From Camelus ferus (Eukaryota), in the NCBI RefSeq assembly GCF_009834535.1, contig NC_045697.1, positions 98,334,001-98,398,000 on the forward strand: 64,000 nt of DNA. Reading direction: 5' to 3'. This document shows, piece after piece, positions 27,146-39,340 of the stretch. The position numbers and the translations under genes were made by a program. The notes below the pieces were generated by a model that was not told where the DNA came from, did no database searches, and worked only from the letters and a program-made list of their open reading frames with translations. The stretch's first letter is position 1; each line of letters begins with the position of its first letter.

Positions 27146-27819
27146 TAGAACAACATAAGAGCACCTGTCGAAACAGCTGCTCCCCAAGGCAAATTTCCCT
27201 TCAGTTCTGCCTAGATTTCATTTTGCTATCTTTTTATCCTCCAAAGTGCAAATATTTCACCCTTAAAGATTCTCTGCACAGAGATGTTGTCTTGCTTAGC
27301 CTAGTTCACACTAGTAATCAACACAGCATTTTTTTCTAAAATAGGAACTGCGTGCTGATTTCAAAACAAGCAGTGGTGGGGAGTGGATTTCACCCCCTTT
27401 CTGCTTATAAATTAAGTGATCTCCCCAGAGAAAGCTCAGAAATCAGGCCTATTTCATATAACCTTTAGAATCCTGATTGGAATTCTCCATGGAAAGACAT
27501 TTACTGAGAACTCAAGCTCAAGGAAATCAATGCCTGGGTCTGACAGACATTCAACTCCCAGACAAATGTATTTGATTTCAGATCATCCTTCAATCTTTGT
27601 ACCGGGAATAAACCTGAGACTGAAAGCTCCGAAAATAACAATGCAGGTGATACACTGCACTATCAGAGGCAGCGTTCCTGAACTGCATGAAAACACAACT
27701 GCTATCTTAGAGAAAATTACATTATATGACAATATGTGAGGCAGAGTGAGTAGAGAATTCGTCCGGCCATGATTAGCCAAGGTCAAGTATTATATAACCC
27801 CCTTCTCTTCAAACCATGA

Positions 27820-27982
27820 CTCAACCACCTGCATCAGAGTAACCTGGGGGATTGTTAAAAACGAAAATTTGGGGGCCCAATTAAAACCTATTAAATCTGA
27901 AACTCTGGGTATAGGATCTACAAGTCTGCATTCTACCAAGCTTCTTGGTAAGAGGTACACACTAAACTTTGGGAACCACTGA
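27820..27982. mobile_element. MER5A-like DNA transposon
   Basis: 'ctgcatcagagtaacctgggg...ctgcattctaccaagct...tttgggaaccactg'. Confidence 0.7.
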
Positions 27983-29046
27983 CTAAATTTTAATTAAAAA
28001 AAAATCATTTTCGTTAAGATTCTCCTATTCCAGAACTCACAAACATTATAAAGCTACAGAATAACCCCCCAAAATTGCATTTATCAGTTAATATATTTCC
28101 TGGATTTTCTACAAAATTACAGGCTCTCACCTGGCAGTGCAAGGCACTCTCCAACCAGGAAACAATGATAACAGCCCACCCAAAGCATAAATATCACTTG
28201 GTTGTTGCTGGTGATCATCTCTAGCTGTTACTTCTTACCCCAAAGCCATTCTTTCAAAAAGTCCCATCAGTAAGTAGCACAAAATGATTAATTAAGCAGA
28301 AACATTCTTAATGAGACAGCCTTGAGAGGACCACACAGCTCTCTGCCCTCATAGAGGGACCTGACAAAAGCAAACAAAAAAGAAAAGGAAACAAACAAAA
28401 ATCCAAGCAACAAGCACTTCTCCATCTTTTGCCCCTTGTGAACCACCTGGCCGCCCCTGGTGCTGTTCCTGCTTCCCTCCTTTCCCCAGAGCCAGAGTTC
28501 TTGGCCTCTCTCTGTCATGATTTTGTGGCCACTTGTCACTGGAGCCAGTTCCAGGCTGTGGTAAGGATGGAGTGTGCACTGGTCCTGCCAAGCCCAGGCT
28601 GAGGTGCCAGCCCACGCAGGCTGCAGCCCTCGGACAGGGGCCAGGACCAACAGGTTGTATTTCATTGTTCCCCCTGACTGCCTGAGGAGACACAGGAGGG
28701 GACAGCAAGAGATGGAAAAGGGTTGTGTCTTGGCCCACAGGACCTGCATGAGGCTTCAAGAGGGTCTACCAGCTCTGCGGACCATCCCCTCAGCCAGCTC
28801 TCAGTCACCAGAAGAAAGAGCCAGATCTTCCAAGCATCACAGCCCATGTGTGGGGAGGGCAGCATCTCAGCTCCACGGGGCTGGACTTGCCCGGGAAACT
28901 AGTTATGAAGAGGAATCTCCCTCACACTTGCACTGCAGGGCGAGAAGGCTGATGGGGAAATCTAGAATGACCCCAATGGTCAAGCCCTTGGTGGCCAAGA
29001 GTGCAAGCTGCAGGGGAAGGTCTAAAAGCATGAACGAGCCTTTTGG

Positions 29047-29695
29047 AGGATGTGAAGAAAAGGTAGCCTTCACACGGTGTTGGTAGGAATATAAATCAGT
29101 GCAGCCACTGTGGAAAACAGGATGCGGGTTTCTCTAAAAGCTAAAAATAGGACTACCATATGACCCAGGAATTCCACTCCTGGGTGTAGATCTGAAAAAA
29201 CAAAAAACTAATTTGAAAAGACACATGCACCTCAATGTTCACAGCAGCACTATTTACAATAGCCAAGATATGGAAGCAACCAAAATGTCCATCAAAAGAT
29301 GAATGGAGGGATGTGGTATATATATACACAATGGAATATTACTCAGCCACAAAAAGCAAAATTTTGCCATTTGCAGCAACAGGAATGGATTTGGAGGGCA
29401 TTGTGCTAAGTAAAATAAGCCAAAGACAAATACTGTATGATAATAGCACTTAAATACAGAATCTAAAAAATATAAAAAACTGGTGAATAACACAAAAAAG
29501 CAGCAGACTTACAGATACAGAGAACAAACTAGTGGTTACCAGTGGGGACGGGGCGTTGGTGGGATAATACAGGGGTAGGGGAAAGAAGAGATACTATGGG
29601 ATTATACGAAATCATGTGTGTGAAACTTCTGAAAATTGTAAAGCACTATAGCATTGAAAGAATCTTTCATTCAATAAAAAAGAAAAAGAAGAAAA
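29047..29695 (+). mobile_element. 5'-truncated L1 3' end (cetartiodactyl-type)
   Basis: [23 protein letters not shown]2 remnant, 3'UTR, AATAAA and A tail; imperfect TSD gagccttt(t)gg. Confidence 0.9.
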
Positions 29696-30424
29696 GAGCC
29701 TTTGGGGTGATTCTGAGGAGGGTTACTGGGGCCATGTCAGGTCTGTTTGTTCTGAGAGAGATCGAATATTCTGGAGAATCCTTTAACTTAATATAGAATT
29801 TCAATACGTCTGCTGAAGTGGTTTCTAAGTCACGACCACCCACTAGACAGCAGAGAGGCTGAGGACAAGAATTTACCTCAGAGGGTGGCTGTTAGTGTTT
29901 ATGTCTGGCTGCAAAGAGAAGTAAATTGCAAATTTAACGATAAAACAGTTTGGAAGAGAGAAGGGTTTGTTTTTTTTTTTAATGAATTACAATAAATATC
30001 TATGAATCCAAGTATTCTCCCAGAGGTAGGATTTGAATTTTCCTAAATTAGCTAATGTCTTTGTCAATTTTCCATTTGTATCTGGCCCATGTCACATTTT
30101 AAAATCCATACCACTTTCTATCTCTCCTTAATTGCTCCATGTGGGTAACTTGCATTTAAAACTAGTTCTTGTTGCCACTTGACCTTTAAAAGAAGATTAG
30201 AAAGCAAATTTTTCATCCTACAAAGCTACTATACTTCCATACACATGAAATAAATCACGAAGAACACAGTCAAACAGAAATTCAATTAATGTTTTTGCCA
30301 TTTTCAAGCCTGTATGGGACAACTGTTTCGAGCCAAAGGAAAAAAAAAGGAATCCAAAAGTGTACTGGTATTGCTTATTTATAAAAATGGATTCTCTAGG
30401 CTGCTTTTGCCCTTTGTTACTTCA

Positions 30425-30860
30425 GTCGGCAGAATAATGGCCCCCCAAAAATATCCACAGCCCTGATCCTTGGAATCTGTGAATATGTTGTCTTCTGTGG
30501 CGAAGAGGACTCTGCAGATGTGATTAAGTCAAGGGGCCTTGAGTTGGGAAGATTATCCTGGATAATCTGGTGGAGTCAATGTAAACACAAGGGTAACTCT
30601 AAAAGGGAAGCAGGGGAGTTGTTCAAAGAAGGAGCTGTCATGGTAGAAGCAGAGGGAGGGGTGATGTGATTGCTGGCCTTGAAGATGGAAGGGGCCCCCA
30701 CTCAAGGAATTCAGGGGACGCAGCCCTGCTGACACTTGACTTCAGCCCCGTGAGACCCATTTTGGACTTCAGACCTCCAGAATTACAGAATAATACATTT
30801 GTGATTGTGTAAGCTGCTAAGTTTGTGGTGATTTGTTTCAGCAGCAGCAGGGATCCAGTC
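30425..30860 (+). mobile_element. MLT1D-type MaLR LTR
   Basis: 'ggcagaataatggcccccc...gacttcagacctccagaatt...gtttgtggtgatttgtttcagcagca'. Confidence 0.85.
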
Positions 30861-31196
30861 TCCAAGCCCCTTTTAAAGTAATCCTCACCACCATTCTCCA
30901 GGTTTTGAAAATTGACAACATAGTGATGGCCAAATAGTCAAAGTCCGTGATATTCCCGAGCATAATCAGAATCCAACACAGACTTTGCCCACAGGTGCCA
31001 ACTACCAGCAGACGAACAAATTAACACTGAACATTTTATTTTTCAAAGTAAAACTCATTCAGGATTCATCACAGAGGGCACTGGAATGATGAGACCTGCT
31101 CACATGAACTGGCTCGGCACATATTTTGGTAATTTTATCATTTCCTCTGATTCTCATCATTAACAAAGGGCGGGCAATTGACCCAGAAACAGGTTT

Positions 31197-31500
31197 CTTC
31201 TTTTGTTTGCTTTTGGGTTTTTTTTTTTAATTTATTGAAGTATAGTTGATTTACAATGTTGTGTTAATTTCTGGTGGACAGCATAGTGATTCAGTTATGC
31301 ATACAAACATTCTTTTTCAGGTTCTTTTTTCATTATAGGTTATTACAAGATACTGAACCTAGTTCCCTGTGCTATACAGCAGGACCTTGTTGTTTATTTG
31401 TTTTGTACGTAGTAGTTAGTATCTGCTAACCCCAAACTCCTAATTTATCCCCCTCTTCCCTTCTCATAACCATAAGTTTGTTTTCTATGTCCATGAGTCT
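31197..31500 (-). mobile_element. L1 3'-UTR end, copy 1 (L1_Art-like)
   Basis: Poly(T) followed by 'ttgaagtatagttgatttacaatgttgtg...ctatgtccatgagtct'. Confidence 0.9.
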
Positions 31501-31513
31501 CAGAAACAGGTTT

Positions 31514-31802
31514 TTGTTTGTTTTATTTGAAGTATAGTTGATTTGCATGTTACTTTCAGGTGTACAGCATAATGATTCAGTTATACATATATATATATAC
31601 ACATTCTTTTTCAGATTCTTTTCCATTATAGGTTATTATGAGATATTGAATATAGTTCCCTATGCTCTATAGTAGGTCCTCGTTGTTTATCTATTTTATA
31701 TACAGTGGTGTTTATCTGCTAATCCCAAACTCCTAATTTATCCCTCCCCCTATCCTTTCCCCTTTGGTAACCATAGGTTTGTTTTCCATGTCTGTGAGCC
31801 TG
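31514..31802 (-). mobile_element. L1 3'-UTR end, copy 2 (L1_Art-like)
   Basis: Same element type directly adjacent, visibly diverged from copy 1. Confidence 0.9.
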
Positions 31803-32899
31803 CAAAAACAGGGTTTTTTAGGGAGGGAGAAAGCCCCACTAAAATGGACTTCCTGATATGCACTTCTACCAGATGAATCAGAAGTTATTTTGTTGCAAAA
31901 AACAGAAGAGATGCGTGCATCCCAGACCTCAAAGACCACGAAAGAGATGAGCGTGAGGGGAAGTCATCCTGGAGTGCGTACCTCCTGCCACGAGGCAAGA
32001 CGATGACCAGGCCTCCACCTGAGAGGGGAAACCAGGTGTCTGACTTGCTGTGGGCAGCCCTGCCTTTAGACTGAACTCATAACTGTGGACTCTTCCTAGG
32101 CCGCTGAGGAAGAAGATGCCAGGATGTAATGTCCCAGTGCGAAGAGCTATCAGATATCCTTCTCTTTTACAACCAAGGTCCTGGACGCTCCACCGATGCA
32201 CAGGTACTGACTCTGATATTTGAATGTGGGAAATACTCTGTTTCTTGAAGGATATTATGGTCTTCCCCAAGCACCCCTGAAATATTAAACTCCTAGAAGC
32301 TTTACTTTTTGGTAAAGTTTCACTTTCCAAAGAGTTTAGGTTGTGTTTCTCTAACCACTTTGATTTCTTGGTTTTGAGATTAAGGGTGTCTTGAGAGCTG
32401 GCAGGAGCAAGAATGGTGTTTGGAAGGGAGAGGAGGTGGACAATGAAGAAGCAGCAAGGGATGTACTCAAGCAATCAGACAAACAGACCCTGTCTCGGGG
32501 CTCAGGTGGGGAGGGGAAAGCTGCACCCTGCCTGCAGCCCAGGGCAGGGCCGGTGAAGCAGACACCTCCACCCAGCTCTGAGGGAGAGACAAAACCCTGC
32601 TTTCTCTCAAAGCAGTGAGTACCAAAGAGGAGGCCATGTCCATCTCATTAGGAATAATGGGGAGAAATTAGCTTACAATCATCTCTAATGGGTGGCCAGT
32701 TTTCTGACAATGGGCTCAGCAATTAGTTTGTCAATTTTTAACCAAATGCAGAAATAATAATCATCTGCTGAGTGAGCCTTTGCTCTGTCCTCCTACCTTT
32801 CACCTGAGGCGCAGGCCCCGGGCACCCTGTTCAGGTCTTTGGGTAATTGCTACGCCCACTTTTTTTTTTAAGAGAATTATTTTTATTCCAATAAGGAAG

Positions 32900-33200
32900 A
32901 TATTCTTAATTGACATACAAAATCCAGAAACCATGAGAAGAGACCGACTAATCTGAATACATAAAATTTTTAATTCTATATTAAGTAAAAGATACCCTAC
33001 ATAATATTAAAGAGACACAAGCAACTTAAAGAAAATACTTGCAACATATGTAACAAATAATTGTTATTACAGTATTTGAAAGGCTCTTGCAAATCAATTA
33101 GAAAAATATCAACAATCCAACAGGAAAATTGGCAAAAGATATGAATAATCAGTAAATAAAAACAATGTATAAATAGTCAATAAACATAAGAAATTATTCT
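32900..33200 (+). mobile_element. Old L1M ORF2 fragment
   Basis: 'aaatacttgcaacatat...caacaatccaacaggaaaattggcaaaagatatgaa'. Confidence 0.65.
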
Positions 33201-34399
33201 CTGCTTCTCACCCACTTTTGACCAAAGGACTCATCCACCTCATTCGTACAAGGTCTCTCAGGAAATCCAGTGGAAAATCCTCGACACTCACCCTTTCCTA
33301 GCTTGGTTCCCCTAAACCCTCCAAAAAATACATTTTCCCTCCTCTTTGAACCAGACGCCTTGGTTACAGCCTGGGCTGAACCAGAGATTGGCCTTTTAAA
33401 ACATCTGACCTCTGACTTCCTTATATTAAGTGAATTTCATGATTAAGAAGGTGCGGCTGCTGAGAAAAATCTCTCCATCTTGCTTTCCAGTCCTCTGACT
33501 GTCGTAAGAAGACAGCACAGCTCTATCTGACCCTGGTGGGGAGCTGACAAGCCCACATAAGACCTTCGGGGGACAGGCTGGCGGTACCTGGATGAGAAGG
33601 GAGCAGCCAGAGGAGAGGGAGGTGGCATCCAAATATGCCCCCGAAACAAACGGCCAGGTGGTCCACGTCCTGAACAGGTGACAGGGACCTGCATGAAAAG
33701 CCTGGCTGCTTCTAGCCATGAAATTTCTAGCAAATGCTTTCAATGCCTTTGTGTTCCTTTTTTTCTCCGGAGAGAAAATAATGACAAAACCTATGAACAC
33801 CTCTCCTCCGAGCATTGGAGAGAAAGTGCTCCAGGAATTCAAAGCCCGGTGACCATCTTATTAATAATTCCCCTGCACTGGCTGCACTCTGTCCAAGGTC
33901 CAGATGTTTGCCAGGTGTCCTTCCCCCCTCGTCACCATGGTGGACCACAGACTGAGGGGCTAGAGAGTGTGTCCTGGCCAAGGACACATGAGAAATCAGC
34001 AAATTCCAGAGCAAATTCCTCCTCTCCCTCCTGAAGCTTATAAGAGAATGTACTTCTCTGAGAATGTACTTCTTTAGAAAGAAAAAGGGCGTGATGGGAA
34101 AGCAGGAAAGTCCACAGCTACGGCAGTTCCTCTTTCCACCAGATTTGCTTTTCTCACACAGCTTGCCCCCAATTCTCCACTCCTCTTGCAAGTGTCCCTT
34201 GGATAAAATAAACTACTAAGAGTTCATTTTACCCTCTGCCAGGAGCTATGATGACATTACCAAGTTATCAGGAAACTTCTCTGACCAGTCTGTGAAAAAC
34301 CCCGACACCATGATTCTATCTGCACCCTTCGTGGTTCATAATAAGTTGTCATTAGATGCTTGTTTACTTATTTGTCACTTCCACAGTAGTGGAAGTGGG

Positions 34400-34530
34400 G
34401 TATGAGTCTACCCATTTTACAGGAGAGAAGCCTGAGTCTTTTGAGAACTGGAGTGGTTTTCCAAGGCCACAAAGCTAAATAACTGTGGAGGCCACGAGAC
34501 AAGACCAGACCTCTTGGACTCTAACCCTGG
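34400..34530 (-). mobile_element. MIR
   Basis: 'cccattttacaggagagaagcctgag...ccaaggccacaaagcta'. Confidence 0.65.
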
Positions 34531-36489
34531 ACCATCTTCATCAATGCAGGATATTCTCCCTCTGTCCATCAACCAACCCCATCCCTCCCATGCTATTAAA
34601 AGAAGCTCAAGGTCCCTCTCCTCCCTGAAGCTTTGTCATTAATTTCTTCACAATTGCTGACCTTTTTAGTAGACCCTCATATTTACTTACATAATAGGGT
34701 ACATGTAGGCTATTTGTCTACCTGAGTTATAGGATGATTAAAAAAGAAAGGAAAGTGGAGGGAGGGAGGTCAGGAAGAGAAAATGGAAGTAAATGGATTT
34801 CAGAACAGGAGGAGGTACTTGTGCAATGCGGCCTTGAGAGAGATAAAGGATGCTGAGGAGAAAGGGCAGCTAAGGTTCGAAAATGCATCCTACCCATCAG
34901 GAGGAAGGAGCTGGGACATACAGATTCACATTCACAAGGGGGTAGGGGCTCACGCTGCCTGGTCCTGCTACATTCCAGCACAGAGTTGCATGGATGGACA
35001 TCAGTGATGCAACCCTGGATACTGAGCAGGGGGAGAGGAGAAACTCATGGCTTAGGGAGAGATTTTTCCTAAGCTACACCAAACCATGGCACCCAACTAA
35101 GGCTCCCCACACTTTTTCTATTGGAAGCATCCCAAGTCCCTAAGGGTTCAAGTCTACAAGCAGCCTGGGATGGGGATGGAGGGGGATGAGGAGTGGGCAA
35201 AGGCAACAGACTATAAAGTCAAAAGGGCAGAAACCCTGCCCATTATTAACACACACCTGAAATATTTAGAGCAGGGGTTGCCATATCTGCTAAGCTATGT
35301 GTTTTCCTATAAACCCCGGCTGAACCCCTGACCATCTGCACTTTAGCAGAGGACTCTAATACGCTCCGACACAGAGAAAATGAGTTCTTCACACTCCCTG
35401 CCTCCTGCATCTCAAGACAGCACAATGATGACCTCTTCAGATCTCTTTACTCCACCCCATTTGAGGTGCTTAGCTATCTCCAGAGTGAGCAGGGAAAAGT
35501 AGGACTTAAGATGCAGAGTGGAAAATAGCTCTCTGGCTATTGCACAGTGTCATTTTAGTGCGGCAAGATTTCAGGAGCACCTGCACATGCAAATTGAACC
35601 CAATAACAGCACAACGAAAATCTAGAATCATTTATGGGTCAAACGCTCCCATTGCCATCTTAACAGAGGTGGGCCCATCCCTTGGTCCACATTATGCAGA
35701 ACGAAAGAGATACCAAGAATCACCTAGTTTCCAATTCCTTATTCTATTACACTTGGGAACAGAAGCTGACAAGGACCCTTTTCAGCAAGGGATTATATAT
35801 CACACCAGAGAAGCACATAAAAGACAAATTATCCCTGAGATCATCGTGCCTGCATTGACCTGCTTAAGGTTTAAAGGCGGCTGCAATTAGATGCCCTGGT
35901 CATAGCTGCACTGGCTGCTCAGAACGCCTGCATTTACTTTAATCCTGCAGAAATGAACTGGGATGAATTCGGTAGGCATAGACTTGGTCTAAGTTTGAAT
36001 TCTGTGGGTCTGATTCAGATTTCTGGGAGTTGAGTAATTTGCTGTTGTTAACAAGATCTTTCTCAGTTTCTGCAGTGTTTACAATATAAGATCTAATTTG
36101 GGCTGAAAGTGCTCATGAAAATTAACTGCATTACTTTAAAAAATGCAATGGGGGAGAGACGGAGAGGGAAAATGGTGGCACGTGCCACGAACTTACCACG
36201 TTTGCACATTTGCCAGAGTCCTCCCAGCTGCTGGCGACTGACAATCACAGATGCTACCGCCCCAGCCCTGCAGTCAGACCTGACTCTCCTACCTGGGGAT
36301 GTATTAAGAGATCTGTTTTACTGCTATTTGTCATAAGAGACATTGAAAATCTCTTTGGAATGGGAGCATTGAGGTTTTATTTATTTTAGGGCTTAAAAAG
36401 TCTACAAGATTCCTGAAACAAAGCTTATGAAGCACCGCGGAAATGACTGGAATATGAATGACTTTCATGGTGCCTTTTTTCTGTAATAA

Positions 36490-36660
36490 TATTAGCTTTC
36501 ACGTACTGAGTGCTTTCACATGCCAGGCTCCATCCTGAGCACTTCCCTTACACCAGTCCCCAACAACCTGATGAGGAGGTTGAAGCTCAGCACTGGGAAG
36601 TAATCTTCCCAAGCCACACAGCTACTCAACAGCAGATCCAGAATTCAAGCATGGCTGAAC
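36490..36660 (-). mobile_element. MIR
   Basis: 'tactgagtgctttcacatgccaggc...gatgaggaggttgaagctcag...cccaagccacacagcta'. Confidence 0.65.
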
Positions 36661-37552
36661 TGGCCCTCAGCCCCCTCACCCATCACTCTGATATGCTGTT
36701 TGCTCTAAACTGCTTCTTACACTACCCAACCCCCCCACCCCCCAAAATCAGAGAAGCTCCATTAGATTATGATAGCCACATCCCCTACATATAAATCATA
36801 CTTAAAATACCTTTCATGCACCAGTTTAATAAAAGCCAGCCAGGCAAATTTCAAGCCTATAATGCAAAGCACAGATCAGTCCAAACAGATTCCAGAAACA
36901 TGGGTGTGGACTTAAAAAAAAAAAAAAGCCAGCTTACTCAGTGCGCAGTGAGTTAGTGTGTTACTTCCAGGAAAGGTCAGCTGACTATCTTCACAGAGAC
37001 CAGGTCCCTCCAGCCAGAGGTTTAATTTCATCACTATAGAAAGAGTGGACCTAGGTCTACCTCAGAGGTAGACGAGGAATAAGGATCATGTATAAAGCCA
37101 GAATTCCAAAGCATTAATTTCCAACAAAAATTGATCTGCCACAATGGAACACTCTACACCTCCATCTCCCCTTACCCTGACCTACAGGAAGTCAGCCCAT
37201 AACCAGGAAAGGATTGGTGAACATGGAACCAGAATATGTGTCCTTAGATGCAGGTTTAATGGCATCTCATGAGGACAGCTTATCAGCGAGTCTAGTTCCC
37301 CAGTAGGGACGGCCTTGGGAATGAGACCTAAATTCAATGGGCTGAGGCTTCCTCCTCCTTGGACAAGACTTTAACGTGGGGAGATTTCTGTGATCCTCTT
37401 TGTTCTCTCTACCCATGTCTGAACCACCCTCCTTCTCACTGAGAAATTTTGTCAGGTTATAACCAAATGCTCACTTTCCTGAGAGTCGGTCTGTCTTTAC
37501 CAAATGATGTTCATATACTTGTATTCTGTTCTCACAGGGGTGAATTTAAAGG

Positions 37553-37754
37553 GTGTCCAAGTTAGGTTCCTGGGGAAATCAACTTTGAGAGAGGACATTT
37601 GACAAGAGGTGCTCTTGGGATCGCCACTGGTACAAGGCAGGAAGGAAACACGAGTGGACAGAGGCAGGCGCTGGGCAGCAAACCAGTGCCAAGGAATACC
37701 TCAGCCCACCCCGCAGGGAGCTCTGGAGCTGGGATGACCCTTCAGAGTTGCTGG
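37553..37754 (-). mobile_element. LTR16-like ERVL LTR, interrupted by the retrocopy (may resume near 38794)
   Basis: 'tgtccaagttaggttcc...gtgctcttgggatc...gggagctctggagctgggatgacccttcagagttg' resembles LTR16; the right-hand continuation is uncertain. Confidence 0.6.
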
Positions 37755-38686
37755 TTTTTTTTGTTTTTGTTTTGAACACTCAGTTTAATTTAAAACAGGC
37801 ACAAGTACAAACAATTCCCAAAAATTTCTAGGGAAGATGCTTTTGTTTTTAAAACTCTGATCCTTAAAAAAAAAAAATCCTTGCAATGACCACCCCCCCC
37901 CCCGCCCCGCCCCGCCAAAGCAGGCCACTAGGGAGCAGAAGAATCTAAAAATATTATCTAGATAGGGTCCGAAAACCAGTTCTCCCCTGAGATTCCCTGT
38001 CTCCCAACAGCCCTTAAGGTGGGGAGGGGAGGCCGATAAGGAGACAGGGGTCTGAGGAGGCAGCGAGAGGCAGGTGGCTCACACAAACGGGGTACCCATT
38101 CTCTTGACCTGGTGGAACCCCGGGAGCCGGTTCACCTCAGGATTTTGAAGAAGGGGTCTCTGACGACCTGGTTATTGAGGTGAAGCTCACAGGTAAAACT
38201 GAGTCCCGAGGTGGGGGGAGGTGGTCACGCCTCTATTCCTCCTCAGTCCCGGGCTGCTGCCCACCCGGAAAGCGGGCGGGCGAGGAGGCTCTCTGGCAGG
38301 AGCAATACCTAAAGGCAGCTGAGGGCTGAGCTCTCTGTCAGCAGCATTCGAGTGGCTACGGAACTAAGTCCTTCACTCCTGGAAGGGTTAATGTGCAACA
38401 CATCATAGCATCCCCTACAAGAGACAACCCTAAATTCCTGCAGAAAACTTCACTCAGTCCCTCCAAACTGAAGACCAAAGAAGAACCGAAGAGTTAACGG
38501 GAGCGGGGAGGGCTAGCCCGGTTTCAAGTCCGCTCAGCCTCGGGAGCTCAGAAGGATACAGTCTGCCCCAGTCTCCCGCTCCCCCAGTCTCCCCTCCAGT
38601 CATTCTGACCTTCCGTCCATCCCTCCTAAGGTTCTCCCTCACCTCAGGACCTGCCCAGACGCCATGCTGCTCGCTCAGCCCGTGAC
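37755..38686 (-). pseudogene. 5'-truncated processed retrocopy of an unidentified mRNA 3' end (UTR-like, no ORF)
   Basis: Minus strand ends ATTAAA, 10 nt, then an A-rich tail (37755-73); abruptly interrupts an old LTR; much richer in GC and CpG than its flanks; no TSD found. Confidence 0.65.
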
Positions 38687-38798
38687 GCACGCCCCGCACG
38701 CCCCGCACGCCCGCACGCCCCGCACGCCCCGCACGCCCCGCACGCCCCGCACGCCCCGCACGCCCCGCACGCCCCGCACGCCCCGCACGCCCCGCCCC
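38687..38798. repeat. Minisatellite (GCACGCCCC)12
   Basis: Eleven perfect 9-mers and one 8-mer, counted directly, followed by GCCCC. Confidence 0.97.
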
Positions 38799-39326
38799 TG
38801 AATCCCACTCCCGTCAGTCAGGTGTCAGCACCTCCCCCGGAGAGAGAAAGGCCTCCTCCCGCTGAATGATCCCACCGCTCCCTTCACCTCGCTATCCTGG
38901 GTAGTTCTATTTATTTCTAGACCATCCCACCTTCCGCCTACCCATCAGCTTGGTAAAGGAAGGGTTGGTGTCTGTTTTATTCACCAGTGCTTGGTCCAGA
39001 GCCTGGGAACTATAGGCACTGAAGAACACTAAGTGAAGGAATGAAAAAAAAAAAAAAAGAATAAGTGAGCGAAAGCATTTATAAATGAATTCTAGCAATT
39101 TAGGGCAGCACCTGTAGAGTGAGTAGGGCCCCAGAATAGAACTCCAGTTCTGAGATGGCTCTAAAAATGATCCCAAACCAGAGACAACCCTCCCAAACCT
39201 GGGTTAGGTGCCCCAGAGAAATGTTGCAGCAGCGCCATACTGCGGCCACAGCACTCCATATGTTGCCTGTTCACTGTCCCCAATACGTTGTACCAACCAT
39301 TTTTCTTATTTTTTTTTAATTTGTAT

Positions 39327-39340
39327 GTCTCCATGGTAAC
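39327..39340. promoter_or_regulatory. RFX X-box-like motif
   Basis: GTCTCCATGGTAAC versus consensus GTTNCCATGGNAAC; motif only. Confidence 0.3.

Noticed and set aside
28288..29086. Overlapping 130-170 aa ORFs on both strands
   Set aside because: GC-rich chance ORFs with no recognisable protein or viral similarity
34044..34073. Tandem duplication of gagaatgtacttct
   Set aside because: Ordinary local slippage duplication
37055..37073. Inverted repeat GTCTACCTC-A-GAGGTAGAC
   Set aside because: An isolated 9-bp-arm repeat is plausible by chance in 64 kb and has no supporting context
38687..38798. Repeat array considered as a CRISPR-like structure
   Set aside because: No spacers; eukaryotic minisatellite
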